Source: Dehalococcoidia bacterium (GTDB lineage: Bacteria > Chloroflexota > Dehalococcoidia > Lucifugimonadales > GCA-002694895). Taken from it: a DNA stretch of 64,000 nt. Of this stretch, positions 60,188 to 64,000 are shown one piece after another (within the stretch, counting starts at the first letter, position 1; every line of letters starts with the position of its first letter). Position numbers and translations under genes: made by a program. Location: positions 3,129-67,128 of the forward strand of contig JAPYRX010000007.1 of the NCBI GenBank assembly GCA_029936815.1. The letters are read 5' to 3'. The notes under the pieces were generated by a model, which saw only the letters and a list, made by a program, of their open reading frames with translations, ran no database searches and was not told the DNA's origin.

Positions 60188-61483
60188 ATGAATCATCAAA
60201 TTAAAGCAAATGGGATGTCCGAGTCTAAATTGAATAACATCAGTGAATTTATTAAAGACAATTATATTAACACTCAAAAATATATAGGAACTATTACAGC
60301 TGTTTATAGAAAAAACAGCCTAGCTTTGATGGACATACAAGGATTTCAGGATAGAGAAAGAAATATTTTATTAGAAAGAAATAGTATTTTTCGTATCTAT
60401 TCAATGACAAAACCAATCACAACAGTTGCAATGATGATGCTCTATGAAATGGGGAAATTTCAACTTGACGACCCTGTTCATAAATATATTCCTTCATGGA
60501 AAGATCTCAAGATTTATAAATCAGGTAATTACCCTAATTACAAAACTGAAGACTCCACTACCATTATGACAATTAAAGATCTTTTATCCCATCAATCAGG
60601 ATTAACATATGGTTTTCATATGAAATCTGAGGTTGATAAAGCTTATAGAGAAATTGGAATAGGTAGAATGGAAAGTTTAGCCACAAATCAAACTTTAGAG
60701 GATATGATTAATTCTCTAAAAGATATACCTCTTGAATTTAATCCGTCTACATCTTGGAATTATTCAGTTTCAACAGATGTTTTAGGATATTTGATTGAGT
60801 TGTTATCAGGAATAAGTTTTGATGTTTTTCTCAAAGAAAATATTTTTGACAAATTAAACATGCCCGACACAGGATTTTTTGTTGAAAAAAACAAATCAAA
60901 TAGGTTCACAGCAAATTATTTATTTAACACTGGGCACATCTTAGATCAAAATGCTCCATTGCCATCCAAAATGCTTGGCCGGCACAGCGTAGAAGCAGGG
61001 GCTCCAATATTAATCGACGACCCTCAGATGAGTATATTTGGCAAAAAACCTGATTTCTTATCAGGAGGTGGTGGACTCGTATCAACAGTAGATGATTATT
61101 TGAATTTCTCAATAATGTTACTTAATAAAGGGAAATTTAATAATGAACAAATTCTTTCAAGAAAAACCATTGATTTAATGACTAAAAATCATATTACAGG
61201 TAATAAAGATATATTATCATCTAGTCATGCAAATACAACTTCCGAAACCACTACCGCTGGAGTTGGATTCGGATTAGGATTTCAAACTTTATTAGATACA
61301 TCTAAGAACCAAATCAATAGCTCAATTGGAGAATATGGATGGGGAGGTGCTGCAAGTACAATTTTTTGGATAGACCCATCCGAAGATTTGATAACAATTT
61401 TTCTCACACAACTTATTCCTTCTACCACATATAATATAAGAAGAGAATTAAGAACGTTAGTTTATTCATCAATTACTGATTAA
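60188..61483 (+). CDS. Serine hydrolase of the beta-lactamase/transpeptidase-like family
   Basis: 431 aa with the SxxK nucleophile motif (YSMTKPIT) and class-C/EstB-like length. Confidence 0.8.
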   Translation: MNHQIKANGMSESKLNNISEFIKDNYINTQKYIGTITAVYRKNSLALMDIQGFQDRERNILLERNSIFRIYSMTKPITTVAMMMLYEMGKFQLDDPVHKYIPSWKDLKIYKSGNYPNYKTEDSTTIMTIKDLLSHQSGLTYGFHMKSEVDKAYREIGIGRMESLATNQTLEDMINSLKDIPLEFNPSTSWNYSVSTDVLGYLIELLSGISFDVFLKENIFDKLNMPDTGFFVEKNKSNRFTANYLFNTGHILDQNAPLPSKMLGRHSVEAGAPILIDDPQMSIFGKKPDFLSGGGGLVSTVDDYLNFSIMLLNKGKFNNEQILSRKTIDLMTKNHITGNKDILSSSHANTTSETTTAGVGFGLGFQTLLDTSKNQINSSIGEYGWGGAASTIFWIDPSEDLITIFLTQLIPSTTYNIRRELRTLVYSSITD

Positions 61484-63031
61484 ATGAAAAAAACAATTTT
61501 CACAATATTTTTATTCTTAACTTTAGCATGTTCAAATTCAACTGCGATTACATCAAGTGTTAACAATACAAATTCCGAAGATGATTTGTGTTTTACAGAA
61601 AACATAGAAATATTTAACAAAGATTTCATTCATGAAAACACTGGAATTTCATTCAAATATCCAAATTATTGGCAATTTTATTTTGATCATAATCTAGGCA
61701 ATCAGATGTTAACAGATACTTGTGTAGAAATAATAATATATAAATTTGAAGAAAATATCACATCTGAAAACATTGATGATTATATTTCAAAGAAGTATGA
61801 ATCTCAATTATCAAATATGAATAAGAAAACATTAAATTTATCTTCAATCCCCGAATATAAATCAAAGGGATATTTAATAGAAATAAATGATAGCACATAT
61901 AATTACTATTACAATGATATTCTTATAGCCCAAAATGGAATCGGATTATTTCAAATTCGAATACAGTTAGAAACTAAATACAAAGAATTATACAAATCAA
62001 TAATCAACAATATTAATGGAAGCATAAAAATGCCTACTGAAACATTTTCTTTTATAAAAGAGGAACCTGAAGCAAGGCAGATAATGCAAGATTACTCTAT
62101 AAACTCTATACAAGAATTATGCGATTCTCAAATTCTAGATGATCATTCTAATTTCAATAAAAAAATATTAAATATAAATAACAATATTTCAATTTACATT
62201 CCATATATTTGTAACTCGTACACAAATAAAATCAATGTTAATTATTCAAATCTAAAGGATCAAAAAAATAATCGCTCGATTTTTGATAGAATTGATGAAA
62301 ATGAAAATCATCAAATACACGTGATTTATTTAGTTCCTCTTGATGAAGTAGACAATGAATTTGATATTAATGAAAGTGGTCAAAAACTTATTCAAACCCT
62401 AAACATAGATAATAATTTACCATTTGATTTGTATAATGAAACCTACGATATTTCTTTTGTACGATTACCTTTGAAAATATCAAAATTAGAATCTAACAAG
62501 AATGAAACCCCTATGAAACCATTTGAAATAATTTCTACTTACATTAATAGAATTGGATTTAATCATCCGAAAAAAATATATATTATTTTGTTAGATTCAC
62601 CTATGTCATGCGGAAATTATAGTTGTGACACAAGTTATGATTGGGTAAAAAGTAGAAACAATGTAATAGCAGTATGGATTAATAGTGAAAAATCACAAAA
62701 TTCTTCATCAATAATTTTAAACACAGAAAGTATTGTTAATAATATTAATTCAGCATTAATTCAATCAAAAAGTTTGTTCTCAGGAGATAAGGAATACCAA
62801 AACTCTCTTCCTCCTCATTGGGATTATAATGAGCAATGTATTATGCTAGGTAAAACCGACGGAGAAAAAATATATAAAAAATATTTTAACAACTTCAAAT
62901 TAAAAGATACCATTGAAAAAATAAAAGATGGTAATTTCATGTATAAATTCAAAACATCTAATAGTTTAAAAATTATCTATTTTGGCAATCTGATTATCAA
63001 AGAAAATAAAACATGGTGTGTGAAAAATTAA
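61484..63031 (+). CDS. Hypothetical lipoprotein
   Basis: Signal peptide ending LTLAC. The ATG directly abuts the upstream stop (TAAATG). No recognised domain. Confidence 0.45.
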   Translation: MKKTIFTIFLFLTLACSNSTAITSSVNNTNSEDDLCFTENIEIFNKDFIHENTGISFKYPNYWQFYFDHNLGNQMLTDTCVEIIIYKFEENITSENIDDYISKKYESQLSNMNKKTLNLSSIPEYKSKGYLIEINDSTYNYYYNDILIAQNGIGLFQIRIQLETKYKELYKSIINNINGSIKMPTETFSFIKEEPEARQIMQDYSINSIQELCDSQILDDHSNFNKKILNINNNISIYIPYICNSYTNKINVNYSNLKDQKNNRSIFDRIDENENHQIHVIYLVPLDEVDNEFDINESGQKLIQTLNIDNNLPFDLYNETYDISFVRLPLKISKLESNKNETPMKPFEIISTYINRIGFNHPKKIYIILLDSPMSCGNYSCDTSYDWVKSRNNVIAVWINSEKSQNSSSIILNTESIVNNINSALIQSKSLFSGDKEYQNSLPPHWDYNEQCIMLGKTDGEKIYKKYFNNFKLKDTIEKIKDGNFMYKFKTSNSLKIIYFGNLIIKENKTWCVKN

Positions 63032-63032
63032 A

Positions 63033-64000
63033 CTACCAAGAATCTTTTCCTCTTCTTATAGCTTTTCCTGGTAAATTACCGGTATGTTTTTTGTTTCTTA
63101 TCACAAACTGCCCATTTACCATAACATGCTCAATTCCTTCGGCTAATTGTTTTGGATCAGCTTTAGTAGCAGGAGCATTTGTTTTTTCTAAATCAAGAAC
63201 AATTAAATCCGCATCATAACCATCAATCAACGAGCCTTTATATTTAAGTCCTAATCTCTGAGCAGGGAATGATGACATTTTTCTTATCGCTTCTTCAATA
63301 GTTAAAAATTTGTCATCTCTTGCAAATTCAGAAATCACCTTTGTAAAATTCCCATAAGTTCTTGGACTAGGAAAATCGCCAAACAAAATAGAGTCAGATG
63401 CAATCATTCCAGCCGGATGCTTAACAAATTCTGGTAAAGTGTGCGGGTTCGTCCCAAAACCGACATGTGATATACCTAGATTCTCATCAAGTAATAAATC
63501 AAAAACAGTATCTGATGGTTCTCTATTAGTCATTGCAGCAATTTCATTAACAGACAATCCTTCATATTTTTTATTGTGAGGTTTTTTAAAGTTTGTTAAC
63601 CAATGTGTTGGATATCCTGCAGGGTTCATTTCTTTAGCCATTCGATCCCTAGCATCTTTAGATGCTAAATTCTTCATCAATGCTTCTGGGCCTCCATCTT
63701 TGCTCCAAGTAGGTAAAATTATTGTTAAAGTAGTTCCAGAATATGGGTAAGTATAACAATCAAAAGTTACATCCATTCCATTTTCTCTAGATTTTTCAAC
63801 CAGTCCTAAATAATCTTGCAAAGTACCTTGCCCAGGGTTTTGTCTATAATGAGTTAAATGGATAGGAATGCCGGATTTTTCTCCAATTTCAATTGCTTCT
63901 TCCCATGGCGCAAGGTAATTAGCAGGAGAAATTAAACTTGCTCTTGTGTGTGTGTGATAAAACCCTCCTAGCTTCACAGCTTCTTCACTTAAACTAATCA
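63033..64000 (-). CDS. N-acyl-D-amino-acid deacylase (D-aminoacylase) family amidohydrolase, C-terminal part; the N-terminus lies beyond the window
   Basis: The reading frame stays open to the window edge. GGFYHTHTR and the C-terminal barrel (GYDADLIVLD) are typical of D-aminoacylases. Confidence 0.75.
   Translation of the reverse strand, partial: ISLSEEAVKLGGFYHTHTRASLISPANYLAPWEEAIEIGEKSGIPIHLTHYRQNPGQGTLQDYLGLVEKSRENGMDVTFDCYTYPYSGTTLTIILPTWSKDGGPEALMKNLASKDARDRMAKEMNPAGYPTHWLTNFKKPHNKKYEGLSVNEIAAMTNREPSDTVFDLLLDENLGISHVGFGTNPHTLPEFVKHPAGMIASDSILFGDFPSPRTYGNFTKVISEFARDDKFLTIEEAIRKMSSFPAQRLGLKYKGSLIDGYDADLIVLDLEKTNAPATKADPKQLAEGIEHVMVNGQFVIRNKKHTGNLPGKAIRRGKDSW

Overview
Very AT-rich (about 30% G+C by eye), extremely gene-dense bacterial chromosomal window. 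The lineage cannot be fixed from sequence alone; my guess is a streamlined marine-type genome. I can support about 56 protein-coding genes, 2 tRNAs (Gln-UUG, Ile-GAU), 2 multi-lesion pseudogenes and 2 clear hairpin terminators. Three short ORFs fall below the 60-aa ORF track: ribosomal protein L36, a 55-aa twin-arginine-signal micro-protein and a 24-aa Cys-rich micro-ORF. Gene content, left to right: a glycan-modification cluster; rpmJ; secDF-cca-def; two paralogous GldA/F/G-like ABC + DUF4340 operons bracketing a cbbQ-nudix-cbbO-like AAA+/VWA triad; NHL, RidA, proline dehydrogenase and DtxR genes; a decayed acyltransferase; a complete alternative complex III (ACIII) operon; thrC; a class-III aminotransferase with tenA; tRNA-Gln; ilvD with a micro-ORF and an SDR; rsmG-dnaE; groESL; valS; lipB; tRNA-Ile; pncB; thiL; a MOSC protein; and a serine hydrolase, lipoprotein and D-aminoacylase. 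I saw no rRNA, CRISPR array, transposase, integrase or recognisable defence genes. The best candidates for something undescribed are: (1) the orphan cbbQ-nudix-cbbO-like triad flanked by twin ABC systems; (2) the non-canonical ACIII operon with a translationally coupled Cys-rich micro-ORF and an extra 2-TM ORF; (3) the Tat-signal micro-protein between ilvD and an SDR; (4) a 180-nt A+C-rich, G-depleted tract with a hairpin in the only long non-coding gap. All functional calls rest on motif recognition by eye and no database search was run.
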